This document shows, one piece after another, positions 41,687 to 54,300 of a stretch of DNA of 64,000 nucleotides (position 1 is its first letter; the number at the start of each line of letters is the position of its first letter). The position numbers and the translations under genes were made by a program. The notes under the pieces are model-generated. The model was not told the DNA's origin. It did no database searches and worked only from the letters and a program-made list of their open reading frames with translations. The stretch spans positions 8,161,909-8,225,908 of the forward strand of contig CM074804.1 of the NCBI GenBank assembly GCA_037447605.1. The letters are read 5' to 3'. This DNA comes from Zygnema circumcarinatum SAG 698-1b. Taxonomy: Eukaryota; Plantae; Zygnematophyceae.

Positions 41687-43806
41687 GCCGGCAACTCTCG
41701 AGAGTCGCCCTTTATCGAGAAATATATACTGAGAAAAAGCCCACTGCCACTGCACCTATTTTGCAGAAACTACAACTACACACGAAAAGAAATACATTAG
41801 TGCTTATTGCTGATGAGAGCAGGACCCTATCTATACACACAGGCTAAAACCCCGAACCTTCTACAGAGGCTGGAACCCTGAACCTGACCCTTCTGGGCAT
41901 GGAAAAAAGAGGGTTGGAACCAACATACTTCCTAAGCTATTCTGATTATTTAAAGAGGAAGAGGACAAAGGGGGTAGTTGGCTGTCTGCCCCCATACAAG
42001 GATCATCTACAAGCTGGGGAATGCCTACGTCATGTATGGGAAAGCTCCCATTGAGGAGCTCCTCCATTAGGGCAGTTTCTAGGGCATCAATCTGATGGCT
42101 GACGTCAGCAGGTGGGAGGAGGGCTCCAGTAGGGCCTGCCATAGGGGCAGCCATGGATGGAAAAAGAGCGTCAAAAATTGAGTCTGTGGAGTGGTCCATG
42201 GCGCCACATGTGAGAGAGAGCGGCTGGTTTCCTGTTGAATCGAACGGAAACAGTACCGTTCTACCAGTTCCTTCCATGCAGTTCAGTCCCCAGGGGGACA
42301 CATTCCCTTCAAGTTGGGAACAGTGAAAAAGTTTCCATCAGCAAACTGTCGAATGCTGGGAGGGAGGGAAGCCATGGAGGGAGAGAAGGAGGAGGCTCTC
42401 CCATCACCACTCCCTCCCTCCTCCTCCTCCCCCTTGCTTGCAGCCCAGTTCTCTCTCCCACTCTGCTCCCATATCCCTGAGAGTGAGCTTTCCTCCGAAC
42501 AAACATCCATCTGCTCCAGAAGAGGGGGAAGATTGGCAGCCATAGAAGCGCTGACGTCATCATTTGCAAGTTGAAGGGCTGAAGAAGCGCAGGAAGTCGA
42601 ATTTTGCAGCGGCGATGAGGGCCCTCTGGGAGAGGGTTCTCCCAGGGGGGGAGGGGATTCTTTTCTTTGGAGGGAGGAGGGTGGGGGTGGGAGGAGAGAG
42701 GAGGAGGAGCTGTTGGGAGAGGGAGGGAGAGGGGAGAGGAGAGGGGGGAAGTCCATCGGAGGAGGCAAAGCCATGGCGGAGAGGCGAGGGAGGGTGGCGA
42801 AGGGAGGTCTCCTCTGACATGGCTGCTGGAGAGCGGGGGGGAGGGGAGAGGGAGTCGCGCAGGGAAGGGAGGGAGAAGGAGAAGGAGAGGCAGAGGCAGA
42901 GAGAGAGACAGAGGGAGAGGGAGTGGGAGAGAAGTGGGAGGAGTGGGAGGACTGGGAAGAGGGGTTGCTGCAGGAAGGGAGGAAGGTGCAGCCGTTCCCA
43001 GAATTGGTGCTCTGTTTCCCGCAAAAGGTAAAATAAACCAATTTTTAGTCAGAAAAAACAGTCCCAAAGAAAAGACTTACAATGTTCTGCTTTTTCCTTT
43101 TGCAAGAAACAGAAATGGTCAGATTTAAAGAAGAAAAATAAATAAAAAGGGAGAAAAGTAAGCTCTTTTTCCTCCCTAAGAAATAAGGGTGGAGAAGGAA
43201 AGCGAGTGCTCAGAGTAGCCAATGGCATCATCGCACCTGCTCGGACCAGTTGGCGGCTCTGCATTGGTCGGTCACGCCACGTGTCGTACAGCCATAGGTC
43301 GCCGAATTGTGCCCCGCAGAGAAGCTCCCATTGGTCCCCGCATTGGCCTGCAAAAGCTCTCAGAGAGGTCAGATGTCGACTTCGCCTCAAAGAAAGAAAG
43401 AAAGAAAAGAAAGAAAGGAAGAAAGTCCTCCCTTTCCTTAGAGGCCCTCAATTCCAAATATACGAATGAAGAGGGGGGGAAAAGAGAGGCCCCACCCTCC
43501 TTCCCTGCTAATCGCCTGCAGAAGAGTAGAGAGAAAGAGAGAGAGAGGGAGAGAGACAGAGAGAGAGAGAGAAAGAGAAAAAATGAGAGAGAGGCACCTT
43601 CACGCCCTCCGCGAGGTACTGCTGAAGCAGCGTCCTATACTTTTTCTTCAAATGCGAATGCCACCGATTCTGCAGACGGAGAGAAAAGAAGAGACTCACA
43701 TCAATGCCGAGCCCTTCCTCCCCTTCTCACTCCCTCTCTCTCTCCCCCCTACTCTCCCCCACTTTCCCTCTCAGTAGTTAGCCCTACAAGCCCCCGAACC
43801 CGCCGG
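41687..43806 (-). pseudogene. Near-identical duplicate of MYB exons 3-5 with a 2-bp frameshift; probably an assembly overlap
   Basis: 41687-43806 matches 43817-45934 across a 10-N gap. The only difference I found is an extra aa at ~42311 (cattcccttcAAgttggg versus cattcccttcgttggg). It lacks the R2/R3 exons. Confidence 0.75.
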
Positions 43807-43990
43807 NNNNNNNNNNGCCGGCAACTCTCGAGAGTCGCCCTTTATCGAGAAATATATACTGAGAAAAAGCCCACTGCCACTGCACCTATTTTGCAGAAAC
43901 TACAACTACACACGAAAAGAAATACATTAGTGCTTATTGCTGATGAGAGCAGGACCCTATCTATACACACAGGCTAAAACCCCGAACCTT

Positions 43991-46439
43991 CTACAGAGGC
44001 TGGAACCCTGAACCTGACCCTTCTGGGCATGGAAAAAAGAGGGTTGGAACCAACATACTTCCTAAGCTATTCTGATTATTTAAAGAGGAAGAGGACAAAG
44101 GGGGTAGTTGGCTGTCTGCCCCCATACAAGGATCATCTACAAGCTGGGGAATGCCTACGTCATGTATGGGAAAGCTCCCATTGAGGAGCTCCTCCATTAG
44201 GGCAGTTTCTAGGGCATCAATCTGATGGCTGACGTCAGCAGGTGGGAGGAGGGCTCCAGTAGGGCCTGCCATAGGGGCAGCCATGGATGGAAAAAGAGCG
44301 TCAAAAATTGAGTCTGTGGAGTGGTCCATGGCGCCACATGTGAGAGAGAGCGGCTGGTTTCCTGTTGAATCGAACGGAAACAGTACCGTTCTACCAGTTC
44401 CTTCCATGCAGTTCAGTCCCCAGGGGGACACATTCCCTTCGTTGGGAACAGTGAAAAAGTTTCCATCAGCAAACTGTCGAATGCTGGGAGGGAGGGAAGC
44501 CATGGAGGGAGAGAAGGAGGAGGCTCTCCCATCACCACTCCCTCCCTCCTCCTCCTCCCCCTTGCTTGCAGCCCAGTTCTCTCTCCCACTCTGCTCCCAT
44601 ATCCCTGAGAGTGAGCTTTCCTCCGAACAAACATCCATCTGCTCCAGAAGAGGGGGAAGATTGGCAGCCATAGAAGCGCTGACGTCATCATTTGCAAGTT
44701 GAAGGGCTGAAGAAGCGCAGGAAGTCGAATTTTGCAGCGGCGATGAGGGCCCTCTGGGAGAGGGTTCTCCCAGGGGGGGAGGGGATTCTTTTCTTTGGAG
44801 GGAGGAGGGTGGGGGTGGGAGGAGAGAGGAGGAGGAGCTGTTGGGAGAGGGAGGGAGAGGGGAGAGGAGAGGGGGGAAGTCCATCGGAGGAGGCAAAGCC
44901 ATGGCGGAGAGGCGAGGGAGGGTGGCGAAGGGAGGTCTCCTCTGACATGGCTGCTGGAGAGCGGGGGGGAGGGGAGAGGGAGTCGCGCAGGGAAGGGAGG
45001 GAGAAGGAGAAGGAGAGGCAGAGGCAGAGAGAGAGACAGAGGGAGAGGGAGTGGGAGAGAAGTGGGAGGAGTGGGAGGACTGGGAAGAGGGGTTGCTGCA
45101 GGAAGGGAGGAAGGTGCAGCCGTTCCCAGAATTGGTGCTCTGTTTCCCGCAAAAGGTAAAATAAACCAATTTTTAGTCAGAAAAAACAGTCCCAAAGAAA
45201 AGACTTACAATGTTCTGCTTTTTCCTTTTGCAAGAAACAGAAATGGTCAGATTTAAAGAAGAAAAATAAATAAAAAGGGAGAAAAGTAAGCTCTTTTTCC
45301 TCCCTAAGAAATAAGGGTGGAGAAGGAAAGCGAGTGCTCAGAGTAGCCAATGGCATCATCGCACCTGCTCGGACCAGTTGGCGGCTCTGCATTGGTCGGT
45401 CACGCCACGTGTCGTACAGCCATAGGTCGCCGAATTGTGCCCCGCAGAGAAGCTCCCATTGGTCCCCGCATTGGCCTGCAAAAGCTCTCAGAGAGGTCAG
45501 ATGTCGACTTCGCCTCAAAGAAAGAAAGAAAGAAAAGAAAGAAAGGAAGAAAGTCCTCCCTTTCCTTAGAGGCCCTCAATTCCAAATATACGAATGAAGA
45601 GGGGGGGAAAAGAGAGGCCCCACCCTCCTTCCCTGCTAATCGCCTGCAGAAGAGTAGAGAGAAAGAGAGAGAGAGGGAGAGAGACAGAGAGAGAGAGAGA
45701 AAGAGAAAAAATGAGAGAGAGGCACCTTCACGCCCTCCGCGAGGTACTGCTGAAGCAGCGTCCTATACTTTTTCTTCAAATGCGAATGCCACCGATTCTG
45801 CAGACGGAGAGAAAAGAAGAGACTCACATCAATGCCGAGCCCTTCCTCCCCTTCTCACTCCCTCTCTCTCTCCCCCCTACTCTCCCCCACTTTCCCTCTC
45901 AGTAGTTAGCCCTACAAGCCCCCGAACCCGCCGGAACCGCAATGCAGGGCAGCAGCCATGGCGGGGAGAGAGGGAGGGAGAGCTCCGCACCTTGATGGAA
46001 CCGTCCGTGCGACCTCGGAGCTCCTTGGCCATGGCGGCCCACTTCGAGCCGAGCCGCGCGTACCCGAACACGATCACCTTGTCCTCCTCCGCCGTGAAGG
46101 GAAGCTTGCTCACCTGCCGCCCATGGCCCGTGGGAATGCCCATCGTCATGGTCATGGCCATATCCCTGCGTCATGACATGGCCATGCATGGCATGGCGTT
46201 GCATGGGCATGGCACGAGCATGTACGCATGCATGCCTGTATGCATGGCATGGGGATGCCCCTCCTCACCTGCGGGTGCAGGTGCTGCCTCCAGCGCAGGC
46301 GGCAGCTCTTCCCGCTCCTCCCCGGCAGCCCCCCCGCGAGGCCCTCCCACCGCCGCGCGCCGCCGCCCAGGACCGCCGCGCGCAGACGGGCGTCCTCCTC
46401 CGCGGACCACGGCCGCCGCACGTGCGACCCCGCCCCCAT
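43991..46439 (-). CDS. R2R3-MYB transcription factor
   Basis: Exons 46439-46269, 46113-45991, 45797-45726, 45475-45365, 45139-43991, all phase 0. R2: WSAEEDARL...GRSGKSCRLRW. R3: PFTAEEDKVIV...[30 protein letters not shown]. Long Pro/Ser-rich C-terminus. Confidence 0.92.
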
Positions 46440-46689
46440 AGCTCACTCTCTGCCACTTCCTCTCCCTCTCTCCCTCTCTCCCTCTCCCTCTCCCTCTCCT
46501 CTCCCTCTCCCTCTCCTCTCCCCTCCCTCTCCCTCTCCCTCTCCCTCTCCCTCTCCCTCCCTCTCCCTCTCCCACTCCCTCCCTCCCCCGCTCCCAACCG
46601 ATCGTCCGCTCGCGCTCTGCCGCAAAAATGCCCAGCGCGGCTCCTTTGTCCGCGCGTGGCCTGTACGGACACTCGGCCACTCGCAGCGC

Positions 46690-49600
46690 GCCACGTGCCC
46701 TAAACGCCAAGACCCAGCGGACGGAGTCTTGGCGGCTCTGCAACCGTACGCCCTGTCCTGAAGCCACGCCGCCGCGACGTGGCTCTTCCTGCCGCGGCCG
46801 CGCGATCCGCCACCCGCTGACGTGATGACCGTAAGAGGGCGACACGTAGTGCAACAGTCCGCGCCAAAGGTGGTGGCGGAGGGACTCTTGTCGTATTAGT
46901 AACGTGGCTTCATTTAATAGGGCGACGGCGCCGCGGGCCGCGGCGGAAGTTACTGGACAGGCTCGTGGCTCGGGCGGGAGATTTTGTCGTCAATTGGGTG
47001 TATCGTACATGTTTTTGGCAGTATGAGCGTTGTAGACGACGTGTCTGTGTCCGCTGCATGCCACGTGTCCACGGATCTGGGCGGCAGGGAACAGTGGCGT
47101 TGGAGCGAAGCGCCGACAGCTGTCGTTTTTGAGGCAGTAAAAACAGAAAATCGATCGAGTGTGAAAGTACGGAAATTTTGGAAAAAATTATAATGAATAA
47201 AAAGTTCGATCGTGGGGGCAATCCAATCAAAATATTTTCCCCACTAGGAAACGACACAATAAGAGTGCTCGTCAAAAAAAATCAAAAACAAAAATTTGGA
47301 ACAAAAAATTGACAGCGTGGCACAATACTAGTATATTGTCTTGCGCATATATATTTGCTAAAAAGGTATTTCAGAGTACTAATTCTGAAAAATATCGGAA
47401 AGCAATAATGGGAGCTGGCAAGCCCGGATTTAGGAGCCATCGAGTCGAAATCGAACCCGCGACCTCCGCTACAATAAAGATCCGTGAAATCCCAACCGTC
47501 CAGCCAACCAGGATCTTTTCCGACACGGAGGATGTTACACGTGGCAAGGCGCCCTTGGCCTCCGGCCGTTGACTTGTGATTATTTCTGAACATTTTTGTA
47601 CGCCCTTTGACTCCATTTCCAAAATCCAAATCCAAAATCCAAAGGTACAGAAATCCCGCAGCCGACAAAAAAATGACCTCCATCGAAGTTCCAAATTATT
47701 TTTGGAGACAATCAATTCGAATGCCCAAATCCCGACAAAAAATGAGCAGGCCGGGCTTTTTGAATAAAACAACGTCGCACATACGACAATTCCGTCCCAG
47801 TCTCCAAGTTCGTCGCAAACTGTCACACCACGCGTCGTCGTCTGAGGGCGCCACGGCGGCTGGCAGCGTCGGTGCCGCCTCGTCAGCACGCGCCACGTCG
47901 CGTGCCAGGCGTCGTGCGCGTGGCTCCACCGTACAAGGCCATACGACGCCAGAGAGGGCAGCGGGCGGGCACTTGGCGTGTACTGCACGTGGCGGGCCGC
48001 GAGTGGCCGACTGACCGGCCGCGGCGCCTGGACGCGTTTGGGCGGCCATCGTTGGCCGCCAAAATTGTGCGGCCCATCAAGTGTACACTCTTGTACACTG
48101 AAATACGACAAAAAAAGTACGAAGTGAGGTCGCCTGAGATTGATGCCTGATCCCTGGCCGCTGGTCTCAAACGTTTGTATTGTCCATGCAAATTTGGGCG
48201 CATCGGGACCGTTGACATCCCGGAGCACTGCATCCGATATCCACCGTACGATCGATCGGCCGCTATCTCTAAATGATGGGCTTCGCTTCGCAGGGATCGT
48301 GGCCCGATTCGCCGTCGCAATAAATTCGATACGACGCAGCATGATTTTCATTCGATACTATACGATATAATACGATACGCCTATCCGGTACGGTCGTGAA
48401 CGACCGGAAAAGCGACCAGGTACAAAATACGGCCGACATGATATTTTTTTGACGTCGCCGACATCTCTTACAGGACCGAGGCCTTCCTTGACTCGCCTTG
48501 ACTATCCTTGTACAGACGCAACATCACCCTCCACGTGAAGCACTCCACGTGGCAGTGCTCCTCATCCACTTCCACGTGTCAGAAGGCAAGCCGTACTACG
48601 GGTCGCTTCCAGTCAAACTCAAGGCAAGGTTTCGAACGAACAGCAGCTGACGTGGGATGGTGACCCTATTCCCGACATATAAAAAATGAGCCGGCCGGGC
48701 CATTTAAATGAAGCCACGTCGCACATACGACAAACCCTTCAGCGCCTCCAACTTTGGCGCGATCCCTCTCGTCACGTGTCGTCCTCTGAGGGCGCCACGT
48801 CTACTAGCGGCGTCGGCGCCGCCTACCTAGCGCGCGCCACATCGCAGAGCCAGGCGTCGCGCGCGTTGCCATGCCGTACAAGACCGTATGAATCCAGTGG
48901 CACTGCGTGCGGAAGCTTGGCGTGTAGCACACGTGGTGGGCAACATGTGGCCGACCGACCTGCCGCGGTGCCTGGACGCGTTTGGGCGGCCGTCAGTGGC
49001 CGCCAAAATTGTGCGGTCCGTTCAAGTGTACACTTTGTTACGACAAACAAGTACGGAATCAGGTCGCCTAAGATTGGTCGGGTCCCTGGCCGCTGGGTCC
49101 CAAACGTTTGTTTTTTTGTGTCCATGCAAATTTGGGCGCATCGGCACTGTTGATATCCCCGATCGCCAGATCCGATCTCGACCGTAAGATTAATCGGCCG
49201 CTACTCTAAAAATGATGACGCCGCGCGGTCTGCCTTTTTGGCCTCAGCGATCGTTCACGATATATTCGATATGGTTAGCGATAGGGGAGGGGGGGGAGGC
49301 GGGGGGGGGGAGGGGAGGGGGGCGGAATAGCCAAAATGGGAGAGTGGGATTTCAAAAAAACAGGGACGGGATAACCAAAAAGAGGGGGAGGGGGGGTATA
49401 TAGTTCTCCTATGTTTTTTTTATGCCGCCGACACCTACTGGACCGATCTTGGCTGACCTTGACTCGCCTTGACTTGCCTTGATCGAACGCGACTTCGCCC
49501 TTCACAGGCATCTTAAACCTCGCCACGTGGCAGTGCTCGAGTGCCAGGTGTCAGCATTGAAGCCGTACTACCGGTCACGTCCAGTCAAACACAAGGCAAG

Positions 49601-49861
49601 GTTTCGAACGAACAGCAGCTGACGTGGGATGGTGACTGCACACCACGTGGCAATCTGAAAAGGCCAGATTGTCCCGTTCTTCTCCCCTCGGAAACCACGA
49701 GCTGGGCCGTTTTATGAGGGCCCGTTCCGTCGAGCAGCTCTGCGAACGGAACTGGCACAGCGAACGCTGCACGTACCCTCCAATCGAGGGGGAAGAACGC
49801 CGTAGAGAGGAGGCGCCACGTGGAAGAATCTACGGCTCTACGGGAGCTACAGCGCCACGTG
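46690..49861. promoter_or_regulatory. Divergent MYB/aminotransferase intergenic region with a dense G-box (CACGTG) cluster
   Basis: Perfect CACGTG at about 46692, 47062, 47538, 47986, 48532, 48546, 48573, 48773, 48930, 49524, 49644, 49817 and 49856. Function is inferred. Confidence 0.55.
47728..49636 (+). repeat. Diverged tandem duplication, period ~940-970 bp, non-coding
   Basis: Unit 1 ~47728-48664, unit 2 ~48669-49636. Shared blocks: acgtcgcacatacgacaa, tctgagggcgccacg, cctggacgcgtttgggcggcc, tggccgccaaaattgtgcgg, tccatgcaaatttgggcgcatcgg, caaggcaaggtttcgaacgaacagcagctgacgtgggatggtgac. Confidence 0.9.
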
Positions 49862-49895
49862 TCAGGATCTACGGCTCTACGCGAGGCGCGGCGCC

Positions 49896-51221
49896 ATGGC
49901 GGAGGGTGCGGAGGAGGGCGCGATCGTGCACGTGTGGTCGGGACCGCGCTCGCTCAGCACGGCGCTCATGTACGCCTTCGCGCAGGTCTTCAACCCTCAA
50001 TCCTAAACCTGAACCCTGAACCCTTAATCTTAACCCTAAACCCTAAACCTAAACCCGAAACCTAGACCCTGAAACCTAAACCTAAACCCTGAACCCTAAA
50101 CCTACACCCTGAACCTAGACCCTGAACCCTATACCTAAACCCTTAACCCTAAACCTAAACCTCTAACCCTAATCCTAAACCTCTAACCCTAATCTCTGAG
50201 CCTCCCGGCATGTTTTTCAGGGCTTGTTGGGTTCCCCTCTGAACTCTAAACATGAAACCCTTGAAGTTTTACTTATTTGTAGGCACAGTTGATGGCGCCA
50301 TGAGTCGCAATCAGTGAGGGTGAAAATACAAACAAGAGAAGGCAGCTGTAGGGGTCGCGCTGAATCCCAGGAGTCGAATTTTCTGGAAACATTGGAACTC
50401 TATTTTCTCTGCATTTTAAAATGACTAACCCTAAACGTGTGCCTAATCACTCTAAACTCAAAGTACTTTTTCCTAACCCAGGACCATTTACTTCATGCAA
50501 ATTCATAAGAAGTTTGAACTCCCCTCTTTGCCATCTCCCCCTCTCCCTCCCCCTCCCCCTCCCNNNNNNNNNNCCTCCCCCTCCCCCTCTCCCTGCCCCT
50601 CCTCCCTCCCTCCCTCTCACTCTTGTGACCCTGCGGGAGAGCAGAGGGAGGACACGGAGGTGGTGGACGAGCCGCTCTATGCTCACTATTTACGGACAAG
50701 TGGCGCGGCTCGGCCGTACCGCGACCTCGTTCTCGCCTCGCAGGTCCGCTCAGCCCCGCGCCGCTCCATGCAGCTCTTCAGTTACGGTAGGGGGGAACTG
50801 AACGGAGAGCATGGAACGGGGGACAGGATGCGGATGGCAACCAGGTGGTGCGAACAGTCATTTACGGTCCCATGAAGAAGAAGGTTCGGTTTGTGAAGGT
50901 GAGAGTGTCCTTCAACCCCTTTGCAATGCTTTGAATTTCAGAGATTTTGAAGTCTTAGATGGTTCGAGGTAGTTGAAGGGGCCTTTCAGAGCAGTGCGTG
51001 CACGAATAAAAGGGTGTTGGAGAAAGGCAGTGCCCAGTTCCATGTTCCTGTCAATCCGTTCTGTTTTAGCGATCCCTCCGTCGCAGGGAACGCATGCAGC
51101 ACATGGCGAAGCATAGAACGCCGGACCTCACTAAGGACCTCATCGATCGCGGACGCCACGTCATTCTCATTCGGGATCCTTTGGAGGTGCTGGTGAGTTC
51201 TCTCTCTCTCTCTCTCTCTCC

Positions 51222-51263
<42 letters not shown>

Positions 51264-51273
51264 NNNNNNNNNN

Positions 51274-51314
<41 letters not shown>

Positions 51315-54300
51315 AAAACCCTAAAAACCCTAACAACCCTTAAAACCCTGAAAACCCTAAAAACCCTCGCTCTCTCTCTCTGTCTCTCTCTCTCGCCGCT
51401 CATTAGACCTGAACACCCTGAAAGAACCTGAAACTTGCAACCCTACGAGAGAACCCTAACAACTCTCTCTCTCTGATTCTTGACGATACTTGACCCGTCC
51501 TAACCCTAAAATCCCTGACTCCGCCTACAACCTAACCTCTGAACCCTCCCAAACCCTAAGTCCTGAATCCCTGCATCCGCATTCGGGCCCTCCTGCAGCC
51601 CTCCTTCAGCGAGGTGGCCCCTCCCTCCCTGGAGGAGCTCTCCCTCCCTTCCCTCCTTCACCTTCACAGTGAGTTCCGTCAGGCGGGTCGACCTGCCCCT
51701 GTGGTAGACGCTACTGAACTCCGCCGAAATCCAGAGGTTTCCCCCTCCCTCCCTCCCTCCCTCCCTCCCTCCCTCCCTCTCTCTCACTTTCTCTCTCTCT
51801 CTTCATCCCTCTCTTGATTTCCTTTTGGTCCTTTTCTCTGCACGTTCTCCTCTCCCATCCATCTCTCTCTCTTTCTCTCTGTCTTTCTCTTTTCCGCACT
51901 CACTCTCCTGCTTACTACCATCCCGCTTCTCTCTCATCAATCCCTCCCTCTCCTCTTTCCCTCTCACCACTTCGCTCCTTCCCTATCTTCTTCTTTCTTC
52001 CCTCCCTCTCTCTCTCCGCCTCTCTCTCTCCGCCTCTCACACCCGCAGGATGCTGCTTAGCAGGGCATTCTGCGGTCCCTCTGCTCCCTCCTCTCCCTCC
52101 CCTTCGACCCCTCCATGCTCAGGTGCCCCCCCCTCCCTCCCAATTATGCATGTTCCTTCTACGTCAGCCTCTGCATCATCATCCTTCCCAACATCACCCC
52201 CATGTGATGCAGATGGCAGGCCGGGCCCCGTCCGGAGGACGGAGTGTGGGCCCCATGGTGGTACGGCGGGGTGCACGCATCCACCGGCTTCTCCCCTCCC
52301 TCTCCCGTCTGCAAGGTGTCTCTCTCCCTCCCTCCCTCCCTCCCTCCCTCCCTCCCTTTCTTGTTACCTCCCTCCCTTTCTCCCTCTTCCTCCTCCTCCC
52401 GACCCTGGTTTCCCCTTTCCCGCTCCTGAACTCCGCAAATCCATCAAATCCTAAAACTCCAACATCTGCCTTTCTCTCTCTCTCTCCCTCCCTCCCTCCA
52501 CACATCCCCTCTCTCTCCCCCCCCCCAACCCCTCCCCTTCCTGTCTGTGAAGGCCTTCCCTATGGAGCTCTACCCTCTCCTCGAGGAGGCTCTCCCCTGG
52601 CTAGGGGCTAGAGGCCAGGGGCCAGGGGCTAGAGGCTAGGCTAGGGGCTAGGCTAGGGGCTAGGCTAGGGGCTAGGGGCTGAGGCTAGGGGCTAGGCTAG
52701 GGGCTAGGGGCCAGGGGCCAGAGGCCAGGGGCCAGGGGCCAGGGGCTAGGCTAGGGGCTAGGCTAGGGGCTAGGCTAGGGGCTAGGCCCTAGGGGAAAGG
52801 GGCTAGGGGCTAGGGGCTAGGGGCTAGGGGCTGAGGCTAGGGGCTAGGCTAGGGGCTAGGCTAGGGGCTAGGGGCTGAGGCTAGGGGCTAGGGGCCAGGG
52901 GCCAGGGGCTAGAGGCTAGGCTAGGCTAGAGGCTAGGGGCTAGGGGCCAGGAGGCCAGGGGCCAGGGGCCAGGGGCCAGGGGCCAGAGGCCAGGGGCCAG
53001 GGGCCAGGGGCCAGGAGGCCAGGGGCCAGGGGCCAGGGGCCAGGGGCCAGGGGCCAGGGGGCCAGGGGCCAGGGGCTAGAGGCTAGGCTAGGCTAGAGGC
53101 TAGGGGCTAGCTAGAGGCTAGGGGCTAGGGGCCAGGAGGCCAGGGGCCAGGGGCTAGAGGCTAGGCTAGGGGCTAGGCTAGGGGCTAGGCTAGGGGCTAG
53201 GCTAGGGGCTAGGGGCCAGGGGCTAGGGGCCAGGGGCTAGAGGCTAGGCTAGGGGCTAGGCTAGGGGCTAGGCTAGGGGCTAGGGGCTGAGGCTAGGGGC
53301 TAGGCTAGGGGCTAGGGGCTAGGAGGCTAGGGGCTAGGGGCTAGAGGCTAGGCTAGGGGCTAGGGGCCAGGGGCCAGGGGCCAGGGGCCAGGGGCCAGGG
53401 GCCAGGGGCCAGGGGCCAGGGGCCAGGGGCCAGGGGCCAGGGGCCAGGGGCCAGGGGCCAGGGGCCAGGGGCCAGGGGCCAGGGGCCAGGGGCCAGGGGC
53501 CAGGGGCCAGGGGCCAGGGGCCAGGGGCCAGAGGCCAGGGGCTAGGGGCCAGGGGCTAGGGGGCTGGGGGCTAGGGGCTAGGGGCCAGAGGCCAGGGGCT
53601 AGGGGCCAGGGGCCAGGCCAGGGGCCAGGGGCCAGGGGCCAGGGGCCAGGGGCTAGAGGCCAGGGGCTAGGGGCCAGGGGCCAGGGGCCAGGAGGCCAGG
53701 GGCCAGGGGCCAGGAGGCCAGGGGCCAGGGGCTAGGGGCCAGGGGCCAGGGGCTAGAGGCCAGGGGCCAGGGGCTAGGGGCTAGGGGCTAGGGGCTAGGG
53801 GCTAGAGGCTAGGGGCTAGGGGGCTAGAGGCTAGGGGGCTGGGGGCTAGGGGCTAGGGGCTAGGGGGCTAGAGGGGCTAGGGGGCTAGGGGCTAGGGGCT
53901 AGGCTAGGGGCTAGGGGCTAGAGGCTAGGGGCTAGGGGGCTAGAGGCTAGGGGCTAGGGGGCTAGGGGCTAGAGGCTAGGGGCTAGGGGCTAGGGGCTAG
54001 GGGCAAGAGGCGAGGGGCGAGGGGGCTAGAGGCTAGGGGGCTAGGGCGCTAGGGGCTAGGGGCTAGGGGGCTAGGGGCTAGGGGCTAGGGGGGGGCTAGA
54101 GGCTAGGGGGCTAGGGGGCTAGGGGCTAGGGGCTAGGGGCTAGGGGCTAGGGGCTAGGGGCTAGGGGGGGGGGGCTAGAGGCTAGGGGGCTAGGGGCTAG
54201 GGGCTAGAGGCTAGGGGCTAGGGGGCTAGGGGCTAGGGGCTAGAGGCTAGGGGCTAGAGGCTAGGGGCTAGGGGCTAGAGGCTAGGGGCTAGGGGCCAGG

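Noticed and set aside
47607-49153. Paired ORFs MSRPG(F/H)LN... as a duplicated novel protein family
   Set aside because: The two copies shift frame relative to each other mid-alignment, one stops early, and substitutions are not visibly biased to third positions.
46860-49890. Autonomous transposon
   Set aside because: No transposase, RT or Rep/helicase motifs, and I could not identify terminal inverted repeats or target-site duplications.
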